Below the pieces are notes generated by a model. It saw nothing but the letters and a program-made list of their open reading frames with translations, was not told where the DNA came from and did not search any database. DNA of 64,000 nt, from assembly GCA_036172245.1 (NCBI GenBank), contig JAYWIR010000008.1, forward strand, positions 3,472,001 to 3,536,000, in the 5' to 3' direction. A program made the translations under genes and the position numbers. The DNA comes from Raillietiella orientalis. Lineage: Eukaryota. This document shows, in pieces, positions 1 through 12,200 of the stretch (the first letter of the stretch is position 1; every line of letters starts with the position of its first letter).

Positions 1-300
1 GAAGTTGCAGAGAGCTCCTCGAATCTATATCTACGAAAAATGGAAAGCTACCGACGTTTTTCTGGAACGGTCATTAACTGCTCCTCCCAGATCGCTTTCC
101 GACGATAACTTTGTGGGGTGTTTTGGGTATATTAGGCGGAACTTTTACGTCTAGGATTTGCAGATCATAAGCTGGTCTGGCAATTCGACATTCGCGGACG
201 ATTGGTGTCAACAAAGAGGAAGGAAGCAAAGAGATCGATCGAAATTTTAAAAGATGGTGCAGGTCTCTTTGGATAAAAGCTCCGATGGCGCATCTGTCAC

Positions 301-948
301 CGTTCTGACACTTGGGTAACTCTGGGAATTCCTCAGACTTGGATAAAGTGTACCCTTGGATTGTTGCTTTCCTTCCATTCTTACTCCATTCCTTGGTTAA
401 AATAGAAACGAACTATTTCATCCAATTTTCCGTAAATATGTTGATTTGTACAGATAACTGTGGATGCAGAGTTTTCGGGTCATTTGGGCATCCAAGCAGT
501 GTATGATGGCAATGGTGGCTTCACGGATGATAGCGAGAATGGGAAAACAATATTGGGGTGCATTCAATCACTGCATCAGTTCATGGCTGATACTGCTGCA
601 ACAAATACTACTTGTTCGCTCAAGCTTTTCTCCTCTTCACTTAGCCCTTTTGGGGAAAGTGGAGAACCAGATTTCCATTCGACCAGTTTTTCAAGTAAGG
701 AACCTAGAGAACCAGCCATCATTTTGTCCTGGAAAGGGATCTCCTGAACAGGAAAATGGCGATCAGCTTTCATCGTCCCATCACATCTTGAGGTTTCATT
801 TCCCTCGGTATCACTAGTTTCGCCATTCTTTTCTTTCCTGTTCATTTTAAATTCTTCGGATGGAGTTGTTCCTCTAGTTCCTCGTACCTCTCTAGTCGAT
901 TGCTTGATAACTTTTTGGAAGCTTTCAAGATTCCTCTGGCCAAGACAC
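301..948 (-). CDS. Two internal exons (612-948, 301-391) of an unidentified spliced gene, probably continuing off the left edge
   Basis: Open frame CLGQRNLESFQKVIKQ...SLSEQ ends at CAA|gtagta and joins in phase to ccaag|EWSKNGRK...PKCQN G|gtgaca. Product not recognised. Confidence 0.45.
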
Positions 949-2986
949 CTTCAAGATGCAGAAATTCAAAAAAGAATCACTCTACCGAAATCATACTTCA
1001 TGACGTTATACACGAAAACGCGCTTGGAGATACACAACTGGCATAACACCAGCTGTTATCTAATAGCAACTGAGAAAGCTTTGTGAGCATTTTCTGTGCT
1101 CTTGATTTCCTAGCTTTAAGGTATTTGTTAATTGGGTATTAATTTAGTAATCATCGTCATAGCACGTCACTAGAAATAGAGGCTGCTAAATGTCAGCATA
1201 CACATGGTTTATTTTTTTAGTACAATTTCTTTACAGTTTTGTAGACTTCAGATTTTAAATAAAAGCGAAAGCGTTTCTCCTTCATTTTAGAGTATCATTA
1301 ACAGATTTTTGCATTTCTCTAAGACAGACAATTGATCGCAGACTGCAATTCACATTTCTCAGCAACTATCGTATTTTATGAGATATGATTAGTTTCATCT
1401 TGGATGAAGCCGGTGATTTGACGTAGGGTTGCATAAAAATAATGGGCCCTCTTTCTCTGATAATGGCATATAGTGCTAGGAATTTTTTTGAAGCTTTCGT
1501 ACAACTTCATGAGGAATCAAGTGGTTGCTGATTTGCAAGTGAGTATAACTGTTAACTTGGGAAATCCAAGCAGCTGCCGCTTGCAGTAGGTAAATCTTGT
1601 AGATTGCTGAGTTAACTTTTGCACAAGTGTTCATCAGAAAAGAAGTTCGAAAATGTAAGGAGTTTCGATGAGGTCAGTTGTCACAAAACGCATGTATCGT
1701 AGGACTCCATTTGGGGACATCCAATTGAAATTCGAATGCTCAAAATTCATCGTTTCGAAATAGAGACTGCTTAGAGACTGCATTTGAATCGCTCACCGTA
1801 AAAATTTGTAGTGCATCAGTATAATAAATAAATATTTAAAAACTGGCTACAACATAATTATTTCTAAAACAACAGTAAAAAGAATTTGCATCTTGAGTTT
1901 TTGTTTGCCGAACATTACCTTAGATATAAAGTACAACTTGCTATTGTGTTTTTCCAGTCGGGGAATTCTTAGGGAGTGCAACAGTTCGGTATAACCTTAC
2001 AGACCCGCGAACTTTTAAAAAATACAGAGGTTTCCTTTTGCTTCTGCTGCATGCATAATTTGCGATATTTATTATTTTTTTTAACAAGAAATGCCATGAG
2101 ACTCATTTTCTTTTTGTTTTTTTTTTTTTTCCAACCAACAATGCCACTGTTTCCATTCCGTCAATCGACTAAGCCTAAATGAATGAAATAATCCTTGCAT
2201 TTTGTGTAAATGTGTAGGATTTTCTAAAACGTGCCTTCATGTCTCACATATCCGCTAAAATAAACTTCTAGAGGAAATCATTTAAAAAAGGCTAAAAATG
2301 CTATAACGGGCTGTCGTGGTAATTGGTAAACTTTTCTTTTTTTCCCCTTCTCCCTTGCGCTCAAACTGCTAAGCCGTGGGTGCCGAAGGTTTGAATTTTA
2401 AGCACGCAACTCGAGCCGTTTTTAGTAGAGGAATGCATATGCAGTGTCTGCTCAATGGGAAAAGCAGCATCGTTAATTATTTCAAACCTGAGAAATTCCA
2501 AGTAATGAGATGAATGAAATACGTTTAACAACGTCCCGCTTATACAAAGGAGAAGAATTTCGGCCTGCTGACGAAAGAGCCGTTTGTTATAATGCTAATG
2601 TAAATATAGATGAGGCATCGAATTAACTGTTTACACAAATGAAACTTTTTTCAATGGGCATATTTACTGTAATGCTCGTATTATGTAGAAGAATAGTAGT
2701 GGGAAAACAAAAGTTGCCATATTTGTGGTTCGAACTTGTTTTTTTCAAAGTAAATTATATTTTCAGAAGGAAAATATACATATTAAAATGTTAAAATAGG
2801 TGTAAATGTTGAAGTACTTGTAACCATTTGTAATTAGTTTCACCTAAACTGTAGAATCAGATATTGCATCTCTTAAAGCTAATATGTTGCAAAGAAAAAG
2901 GCGTTTTATGTGCTTCAAATTTTTATATGCTTTAAATTTATGTTTTTTAGGTATAAGTGCAGTTAGGAACTTAGTGCTTCCTTCAA

Positions 2987-3360
2987 ATGGATTTGGATGC
3001 TAGCCTTGAAAAAGCATGGGAATCAGTAGAAGAACTTAAAAAAAAAGTAAGTACTAGTTATTGAATCTAACAACTTGTAGTTGATAATTTTCTGGATACA
3101 AATCTGTTCAGTGCTGGGTTACTATATTGCTGGTTTGCATCACAAGTTCTGTAAAACTTATGTCAAAACTTGGAAAGATATAGTTTGCGGCCTACTTGTA
3201 TTATTGTGATACTTTTTGTGGTGCATTCATGTTTTCACAATTTTCTAGCTACGCCGTGCTGAAGTTCTTTTGGAACTTACTCAAAAAGGCACTTTGCAAA
3301 GTGAAGGATTTTCCTATCCTGAAACATTAACTTGGAGAGAAATACTAATAAACAACAGTG
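2987..3360 (+). CDS. First two coding exons (2987-3046, 3249-3360) of a small unidentified gene
   Basis: Acceptor tttttttag at 2950, ATG at 2987, MDLDASLEKAWESVEELKKK|gtaagt ... ttttctag|LRRAEVLLELTQKGTLQSEGFSYPETLTWREILINNS G|gtaagc. Strong splice sites in matching phase. Third exon unresolved (3511 gives D-stop; 6809-6900 gives EEFKREEYFW...EE-stop). Confidence 0.65.
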
Positions 3361-4765
3361 GTAAGCTCATCTTTCTATTCAGTGTGTTTAGTGTGTTGAG
3401 GTTTGATTTAAATGCTTTCAAATTAAGAATCTAAGCAGAAAGCAGGAAAATTTGATTGATTTGTTAAATTTTGCGTATTTTTTAATACATCTGCTTATTT
3501 TAATTCTCAGATTAAGATATTCATATGAAGTGTTTTCTCATAAATTTAAGTTTAGCAACTCAATATTAAAACATTAATAGTAATGAACATTATACAGTAC
3601 GTATTTGTTTTAAATCTCCAAAACAGTTTGCAAGGTATCTTCTTGAATGAATGTATAAAAGATATCCAAAAAGCAAGTTATCTCAACTTCCACAGAAGTC
3701 TATACATGTTAATAATGAAAGAATGATTACCAGGTGCACTTGCACGTTGGAAATAAAGGTTGAAGTAGGGCTGTAGGGATCATAGGAATATGTAATTGTC
3801 AGAAAGTTGCAGAGTTCTAGGGATTGTAGGAAAATCTTTACTCTAACCATGACTGTCACTGAAAGCATTAAACCCTTTACAACTTTTTGTGGGACATAAA
3901 TTTTCAAATTTGAAAATCAGAAAACACTAAAGCCATATGAGAAATGCTACGATTTCATTTTATTAATTTTTAAAAATGCATTATTATCAATGCTTTGAAT
4001 GTTTGTTTTACAAATAATTGGAAACTGCACTAATGGTATTGCCAACCTTACTTGATGCATATCAACAAATAGTCACTTTAATTCTTAGTTCTTTCTGTGA
4101 GATATATGTGTTTGGAGCTGTAGCTCACTGAAACGGAAATGTGGACTTTAGTGTTTTCTTTGCATTTTTTGAAGCATCTTATTTTGTCAGACTGTCAAAA
4201 AAGGTTGTATCAATTAGCTGATCTCTTTAATTGTTCCAATAATATGTATGTGATTCAGTGGAATCAGTGTCATATCTGTTTACATGCAACTTAAAAAAGC
4301 AGTTGATAGCTTTTTGATGAATGAAAGGTTTAAATTTAAAAGTTGGAAAAGTTCTAACAGCTTGCAATCTTGCAACGCTGCAACCATTTTATAAATACAA
4401 AGTGCATCGATGTGGATGATGTTATTGTGGTATGTATTTTGTTGAGTTTGGTGCTTTCAGTATTATGATTGATGATTATATCTTTTCAATTTGCTTTTGT
4501 GTGCACTTGTTACAAAACATCTGTGTTGGATATTTTTCCTTTTGTTTGGTGCTTATTAAACATTCAAGATAAATGCTTGCTTCTCCATGCATTGGTTTGA
4601 TCTCCTGACGATTTTTTCCCATTTTTTAATGTAACTAATGCCAATTTGGAACATCTGAGCACTTTTGCCATTTAGTTTCCACAAACTGGAAAACAGTAAT
4701 AAATAATCCAAAAAGTCTTCACTTTTCTTTGTATCATTTTTATATTGATCTCCTGTTTTGGTAAC

Positions 4766-4849
4766 AACAGTTAACAATAGTGATCCATATCACCTATCGT
4801 TAAACTGTTAAAAAAACGTTCACATCACCAGTGATGTGAACGTTTTTTT
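4766..4849. repeat. Two adjacent inverted repeats; the second is a perfect 19-bp palindrome
   Basis: 4810-4828 AAAAAAACGTTCACATCAC, spacer CA, 4831-4849 GTGATGTGAACGTTTTTTT. Imperfect hairpin AACAGTTAACAATAGTGAT/ATCACCTATCGTTAAACTGTT at 4766-4809. Confidence 0.9.
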
Positions 4850-6999
4850 GGAACTTTTCTTTATATTTTCCTAGTGATACAGTTGTTTTTGTAAGGAATG
4901 CGGAAAAACTGAAGTTTTAAACCTTGAGATCCTACATGAATGCTTGTTATTTTCGTTTTGAAAGCTTGAGATGGTGAAAGTTTCCAACATTTATTATTAA
5001 CATGAGTGCTGATATTGTAGATTACAGGTATTTACCAGGCATGTTAAATGCATTATTACGAATCAAAATAATTGGTAGTTTTATAAACATCAAAAGTACA
5101 ATTCCATGGTTGTTTCTGTAGAGGAAAAGCTGAAATTTAATAGCTAGAGGAAGTCTTGAGACTTTTCTTAAGCACCATACTGCATGAAATTGAAAATGGA
5201 AAATAATTGTTTCGACTTTTACATACTGGTTTCCAATTTATGGGTTCATCGTAAGCAGGGAAAACATTTTCATATAGACAGAGGTGGCGTAGGAAGGCCA
5301 TAGGATGTATGTGTCAGATGGTCTGAGAATATGGAACGTTCCAGTGAATCAGTCACTTTGTCACAGCCCATCATGTGCGACCTTCACACTATACGTTTGC
5401 ATCAGCCAGCATGCCTTTAAGGCAGATTATAAAATGTAAAATTTACGTGTATGTTTCATACATGCTGTTTAATTATAAATTTCTGTACTTCATCCGTATT
5501 TGGAGAACGAAATGAAATTGAAATCAAAATGAAATTCTGCTTTGTGTTTGAAGTATTAAAAGAGTTTTGAAATGTGGTTGCATTCAGAGAATTGTTTTTA
5601 ATAAATTGACTGAAGCAGTTGATGATGTGCTCATAGTTTTTTGTGTATTCTAAGTAGATTACGAATACCTCCGTCAGGTTTCGCGCTGCTTATATTCCAG
5701 TACTGATGAATAATTCGATACTTATGAAAGCTTCATGAAATGAATAATTATTATTGACAGTTTCTGCATCTGTACTTTTGTAACTCGGATCCGAATGAGC
5801 ACATATTTGTAACTGTAAATGGCAGCCAATTGCAATTAAGCTTTCATTTTATTAAGATTTCTTTGATCGTTTATAGTTTCAAGAAAACGTAACGGAAAAC
5901 AAGACGACGTTTTCAGTGCATATCAATTTTTGAGAATGGAATTTGGCCGTCACTGGCCGATTAATGTCATTAGTTAACTTTGTAATTCAGTCACCGAGGT
6001 AAATTGATGAATTTTCTGTTTCATGCTTTTGTTCGAAATTCGTTCTTCTTGTGTCTTCCTATGGAACTATAGGGAGATGGAACTATGGAACTGGGGTGAT
6101 CTTTTAAATTATTGGCGTTTTCATTTTTTGATGTTTTTGCCATTTGTGGGTACAAATGTTAATTCGATGCAATTTTTGACCACGGTAGCGAGGCCATTTC
6201 CCTACAATAAGCAGTAAACGAATTCTCTGATTTTCACTGAACGTCACGAGCACTTTAGTGCAAATACCATAAATTTTGTCATCTGTCAAAAATTGTATAA
6301 ATTAGCGTCACATCAGAGTATCATTAAGCTGATTCACCCGTTACACTCTGTCTTGTTTCTGAGCATGTCACCGTGATTTGGAAGATACGATGCTGAAAGA
6401 GTATGCAGAAGCGAAAAAGAACCTTTCACACATTCATTTCACATTTCGTCTTGGGATTTCATCAGAGTGGGGATTTGAGAGGATTCTGGTTCAGTTTTAC
6501 GTCTCTTTGGCATCTTCGATTCACTGCTTCTGCCCTTATCATTGAATACCTCAGTTTGGTGATGTGTATCCGTTCGTTTTAAGGGTTCGGTGCCATTTCT
6601 GCTTCATATCCTTGTTATCAGCACAGCTGTTTACCGAAGAAGAAGAAGAAGAAGAAGGAAAACATGGTGGTTGTCCACTAGTGTGCAGTTTTTGACAACA
6701 AGTTCCGCTTCTTTCAAGTGACTTCGGGTGCATTTTCGTATCTCCTTGATTCTTCCGATGATTGCCGTTTTCCCATCATTCTTTTTTCCCCCGTAATTCG
6801 ATCAGCAGAGGAATTCAAACGGGAAGAATATTTCTGGAGTGCTGGGAAACCTCAGACCAAACTTGAGCCTGAGAGATGTGTTGACTCAAGGGAGGAATAG
6901 GAGTTTCGGAGTTTGCAAAAAGCATAAAAGTTAGGACTGAACAAAATGCGTATGTGCATAAGCTGTGTGTGTTATATGCTCGTGTGTGCTTTAGATCGA

Positions 7000-7070
7000 A
7001 AGTTTTCCCCACACAGATATAACTGAACTCTTTCTGCAGTTAGGAGTTCAGCTGTGTGTGGGAAAAACTT
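7000..7070. repeat. Imperfect ~70-nt hairpin
   Basis: Outer arms AAGTTTTCCCCACACAG / CTGTGTGTGGGAAAAACTT; inner arms CTGAACTC / GAGTTCAG. Confidence 0.75.
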
Positions 7071-9204
7071 CAAGGAAATCTACGTGGGTTAGAGTGGAGT
7101 CAAACTGATTTCTAAACGACATGTGTTTTTTCTCTCTCTCTTTTTCTAATCGGTCTGTTTTTTTATCTGGGGAATTTGATGAGTATGCCGTATTTTAGTT
7201 ACGCGACAGAGCTGTTATGGTATGTAAATAAGCAGCATGCACCAGAGAATGTGTACGTATGATGATTAAACGTGCACCGGAGTGTCTGTTTGAACTTCCT
7301 GTCGTAATCAATATCGCACAAAATTTTCGGAATCGCAAATTGAGAAGTAGCAACAGGAAACGGCAGCATCTTCAGCTGCTGGTGGTGGTTCACATTCAGC
7401 AAATGCAATTTTCATTTGTGCTAAATTTGCATTCTATTCAAAAAAGTTCCACAAAGTCCACGGACTTCCAACGAAGCAGATGCCGTAAAGAAGTGAAATA
7501 AAAATTCCTGTTAAGGAAGCTCCGTTTTATTTGTTTACGAAATGAAGCAGCGTCTTGACTGATTGCAGATTGCTTCTTGCGTAGAGCTGGGCTTCTACTA
7601 ACCAAACATACGACACACCCCAGACATGTAAGAGTGCGGTTTCTAAATCATTTATTTAAGAGTGGGGGATGTGCACTTGCATTAAAAAACTTTGTACACA
7701 CAAAAAGATTTCCATAGAATATTCTTGGAGACGGCAGGTAGCGAAACACGATTTACGAACTCTTTTATTTTTCACGAATGACTCGAATGGATTAATGCGA
7801 AAAATGGATTAATATGAGAATGCAGTAAGCAAGAGCAAAGAAATTTGTTTCTTATATACATATAAAGTAATTGAATGATGTACTGGACAGATCTGTTTGC
7901 CTTTGTGTTCCTCATTTCTGATGATATATGGGATTCTTATACGCAGTGATTCTCTGATAAGGGAAAACTTGAGATCTTGAATGTGCATTTCAGGTGAGAG
8001 AAATCAGGTTATTAGTTAATGAAATCTTCCTTTAAAGTGGGATCACAAGTTCATAGCCTCCAGCGTGTGTTTGTAGCGTATCCTTCTGTGTACGGAACTT
8101 CCCTGCTTGTAAAGTTTCTACAGCTCGTGTTTTTCGCACTGGAAGCGATGGTTTTGGAGTTTCTTATGCCTGTTTTGAAAAGCAGGAAAGCGTTCAAGAA
8201 GAATGTGATTTGGGAGAACATATTCAGTATTAAGAAGTACAACGGACTCTTTCATCGTATAATTTCAGTCTATTCAATCGCGAACCTTTGTTTTCACTGC
8301 ATTATTTAAGCGAAAGCATTTTTTTTTTTTTAGATTCTTTTGCTTCCGTATAGTGGCTTTATCATTTTTTCTTGAGAGATAAATTGTTCGTGCTTATGTT
8401 GATTACATGTGACAGATCATTATTCAGTGGTAAACTCAAGTATTTCCAGAAAGAAAGAAAGAAAAAGAAAAAAGCGAATGAAAAAGAAACCTCAATAAGC
8501 ATGTACATTGATTAAGACTACAGAGCGTTTCTATGGAGTCTCTAAATGATCCATAGTGGCTTCAAATGTCAGTTTGTGATGCCAGTGTGGTTCATAGACC
8601 ACGAATTGTTTAACTGAAATTGCGTCTCACGTTTCACAGTTGGTGTTTGTTTGGTGTCACAATATTTTCTTTTGTGCAATTTTTTGTCAGCTGTTTTTTT
8701 TTTTTATTGAATAAATGTGACTATTAATTCATTCACCCTAATATAAATTGTATTTATTGTTATGAGGTGTGACAAGCGGCAGTTCTGCATATCGTTTCAT
8801 CTCCAAATGCAGGATATTTCGTGGTAATTTACAAATAGCATTTACATTATCTCGTCAACATGAGTGAAGACACTGTTGATGAACTCTTAGATTGCCTTGG
8901 AACGCACAATAACCACTTATTGGCTAATCAGGACAGAGATATCACAAAGACTTCAGCCGAGACACTTTTTGATTATGTAAATTTTTGGGCGTTCCAAGAC
9001 TTTCTTTATAATTCGGGTTGTTCTACTTGCTATTCTATTCTGCAACAGCAACAAAAAATCATTCTCATTTCTTTGCTTGAACTTTGATACGTATTCTTAT
9101 TTATGGCAATGTACGTCCACATAGTTGTGGAAGTAGAGACGGTTGTATAGTTCATTATTCCGCGTCCCTGTTGCAATAAAAAAAGATGTGATTATCTCCG
9201 GTGT

Positions 9205-12200
9205 TTAGCTTTTTGGAGCCAGTTTATTTAGCATTCGCTGGTCTTCGTTGAACGATTTCGGCCTTATCATCATAAGCGAGCGTTTCAGAGTGTACTCCCA
9301 TCCTCTCCATTTGAACCACACGATGCCTGAAACATTTCCAAGTGGACTTGGAATTCACGTGAGACAAGCGAAACAAACCTTGGCGTGCGTTTGCATCCTG
9401 CGAATTGTTAAAGTACAATCCGTTCAAACCGCGTCCACAGGAACGCCACCACCATCCACCTTTGAGCATGGATGCACAATTCAAGCTGCTCATGTCATTA
9501 TCTCTGATGTGGCGAGAACGCGTTATGTTAACATGCTTCCCTGTTGGCTTCACCTGTTATAAGTCGAAAATGGTCTCAGATGAGATCCGTACCACGGGTC
9601 ATTCAGTGAATCCCCTGCGTTTCCTTCGTATCCGCTGACTTCCAGTTTGTAGTCTTCTTCTTCTCCGCAAAGTTTGAAACTTGAGTATTGCGCCCAGCTG
9701 CAATTTCGTAGGCGTTTGTTACACTCGGCATCAAAGAACCAGTTCTCATGCACTCGTCCCATGCAAAGGAGGAACCCATGGTGCTGTGAAGTGACTTGGG
9801 AACCCCACTCTCGGGAGGCCCATTGGATTCCCAAGTCACGAGAATCGGGTTGTTAATGGATCGGTCAGTTTCGGATCAGTTTTGGCTGCTGCGGTTTTGC
9901 CTACCTAACGTTTTTTTCGAAATCTTCCAGCTCGATTCTCAGAACGTAATCTTCAGTATTGGTCAGCATGTAGATGTTTTCATTCCCTAGCCAGAATTCC
10001 TTGTTCAGATCTCCGAATCCCTGCCTGTAAGCTTTCCAATCTCTGTTGAAATTCTCCCTTGGAACGCCGAAGTCACCTCGCCTCTGTATGATCTTGGGAA
10101 GACATCAGACCGTGTTTGCAACTTTTCATATGGGAACAGGTCGCTGTTCCAGACGGAAATGTTACAGAAATGTTCGAGGGAAGGAAAGAAGTCAAAGCGT
10201 CAAGGGAAGAGTGCTATCTTTAATTGTTTGACATACGTCATGTATACTTACGATCCATCCACCTCCTCCTAAGCTCATTTCGCAGTACACTCTCAAGTAC
10301 CAGTACGTTGTTCCTTTAATCTGAATGTAGTAAATGCCAGATTCGGTGTTCCCATGGTTTATGATATCGGCACAGCTATAATCCTTGATGGGCGGTGGAA
10401 TTCAGGTTGCAGAAATGGATGATTATTAGGACGGACAACACAAGTATATACCACAAGCACACACTGCGCCATCGGAGTGCAATTTTTCCTGATTTTACAG
10501 TGACAGATCTTTCGCGGCGGATCATCGAAAAGCGTCGTTGCGCGTTTGTATCTCACACACGAAATAGTCGAAGTAGCATACGCCTATTTGTCATCGCAGA
10601 CCCTCAATATTTCACTCAACCAGTGAACTCACCTTTGTTTTTTGGTCCAAGGGAGTGAAGGAAGCGTTCCTCTGGAAAGATTCACTTTTCGTTTTGCGGA
10701 TGACGGTGTTGTACATCTCGGATTCTGCGGTCTGTTTTACGTCACTGTCGTCTTCGTTGTACCTATGATCCGCAACACAACCAGAGTTAAATGATTCTGA
10801 AGCTTTCATCGCTCATCATTCAGCGAACGTTTTTTAAAAAAGTTCATGTACAAAGAGGAGAGGTATCTCTCTGTTCCTTTTTCTTGTTGTTGTTGTTTTG
10901 TTTTTGAAATCACGTTTGGTTCCATGGTTTTCCCTTCCTTGTTAAAGGCGCGAAAAGAAACTCGGAATGCTACTTTCTTGCATCAGGTTCGAATGGAGCC
11001 CCACTCAACAGCTGAGCTAAGCCGTGCTAAGCGTGCGAACTTTTATGCATGGTTTCACGCTTGTCTCCTCGTATCACAAAGCCCTCACAAGAAAAGCCAA
11101 GATGACAAATGGTACTTTGCTTTCTAAGGAAGGGAGTAAGCGTGAATTCTTACAGAGATTGCTCATTTGTTTAAGATCTAATCGCGGTTTCTCTCTCCCT
11201 TAGCTCCCGTTTACGTGTTTTGTTTCATATGCTTGCATTGCACAGTACCGTTGCCGAATTGTACAGGCTCTTTTCAAAGGCATACTATACAGCATATAGG
11301 CTTTTTTTTTTATTTTATTTTTTTCTTCAAGATAGCCAAAGTGGAAACGTCAATTTTTCTTCTTTGAAAGTTTCTTAGAATAACAAACTGGATAATGGGT
11401 TTATGATTTTACCTGCGTACTTTGAGTAAATGAAAAAAAAAAAAAAAAAACATGCGCTTCAAATGTGCTTCCTGTGAGCTGCGAGGACGTGCGCTTTCTT
11501 TCTCCAGCTTTGTTCTGAATTTTATTAATAAGTAACATTTTCGACATCATGGCCATATCTGTCAGGACATTCGATATTCGATGACTCTACAAATGCGTAT
11601 TGCTTTATCCATATGGTCGCTCCAACTTTGCCAGCTGGAAGGGCGGCGAGGATGTGTGGGTTGTGTGTCTTCCATCGCGATGTCTTTCTATTTTCTTCAA
11701 GAGTTTGGGAAAGTTCCAAATGTCGTATCTGTGTTGGGAATCGTGCCTTGCTGCTTGCTGTGCCCGTTGTGTTCCGGTGTTTCTTTGGAAACGTGCTCAG
11801 ACGATGAGGACTGAATTTCTTCTCCTCGTTCCTGGATTTTTCGAGTTATCTGTAAACTTTGCAGTACTTCTCCTTGCTTTCTTTTTTGTGGTGAGTGCCG
11901 GACATTCCCAGAAACTTCACACTCAGCGGTCACCAGTGAAACCGCTGTCGGCACGGAAACTGGTTGCCAGAGTGATTTGTTGCGCGGATGGCTAGCGGAG
12001 CTTCAGTTTTTTTCCTACGCTTGCATCGAGTGATTTTCTAAGCGCCAAGAGTCCCATTGTGTAGTTTACTCTTTGCACTTCTGCTTAACAGCATAAGGAG
12101 TTATTAATACGTGAAGATGATGAAGACGCCTTTGAATAATGTACATTTTCCAGTCGGTAAAGACTTTTATGCCGGTAGTCTTTGTTCTTCTTCCAGTCAG

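Noticed and set aside
5685..5740. Hammerhead ribozyme core CTGATGA-ATAA...TTAT-GAAA (similar partial cores near 6440-6470 and 33290-33330)
   Set aside because: Stems I and III cannot be closed convincingly.
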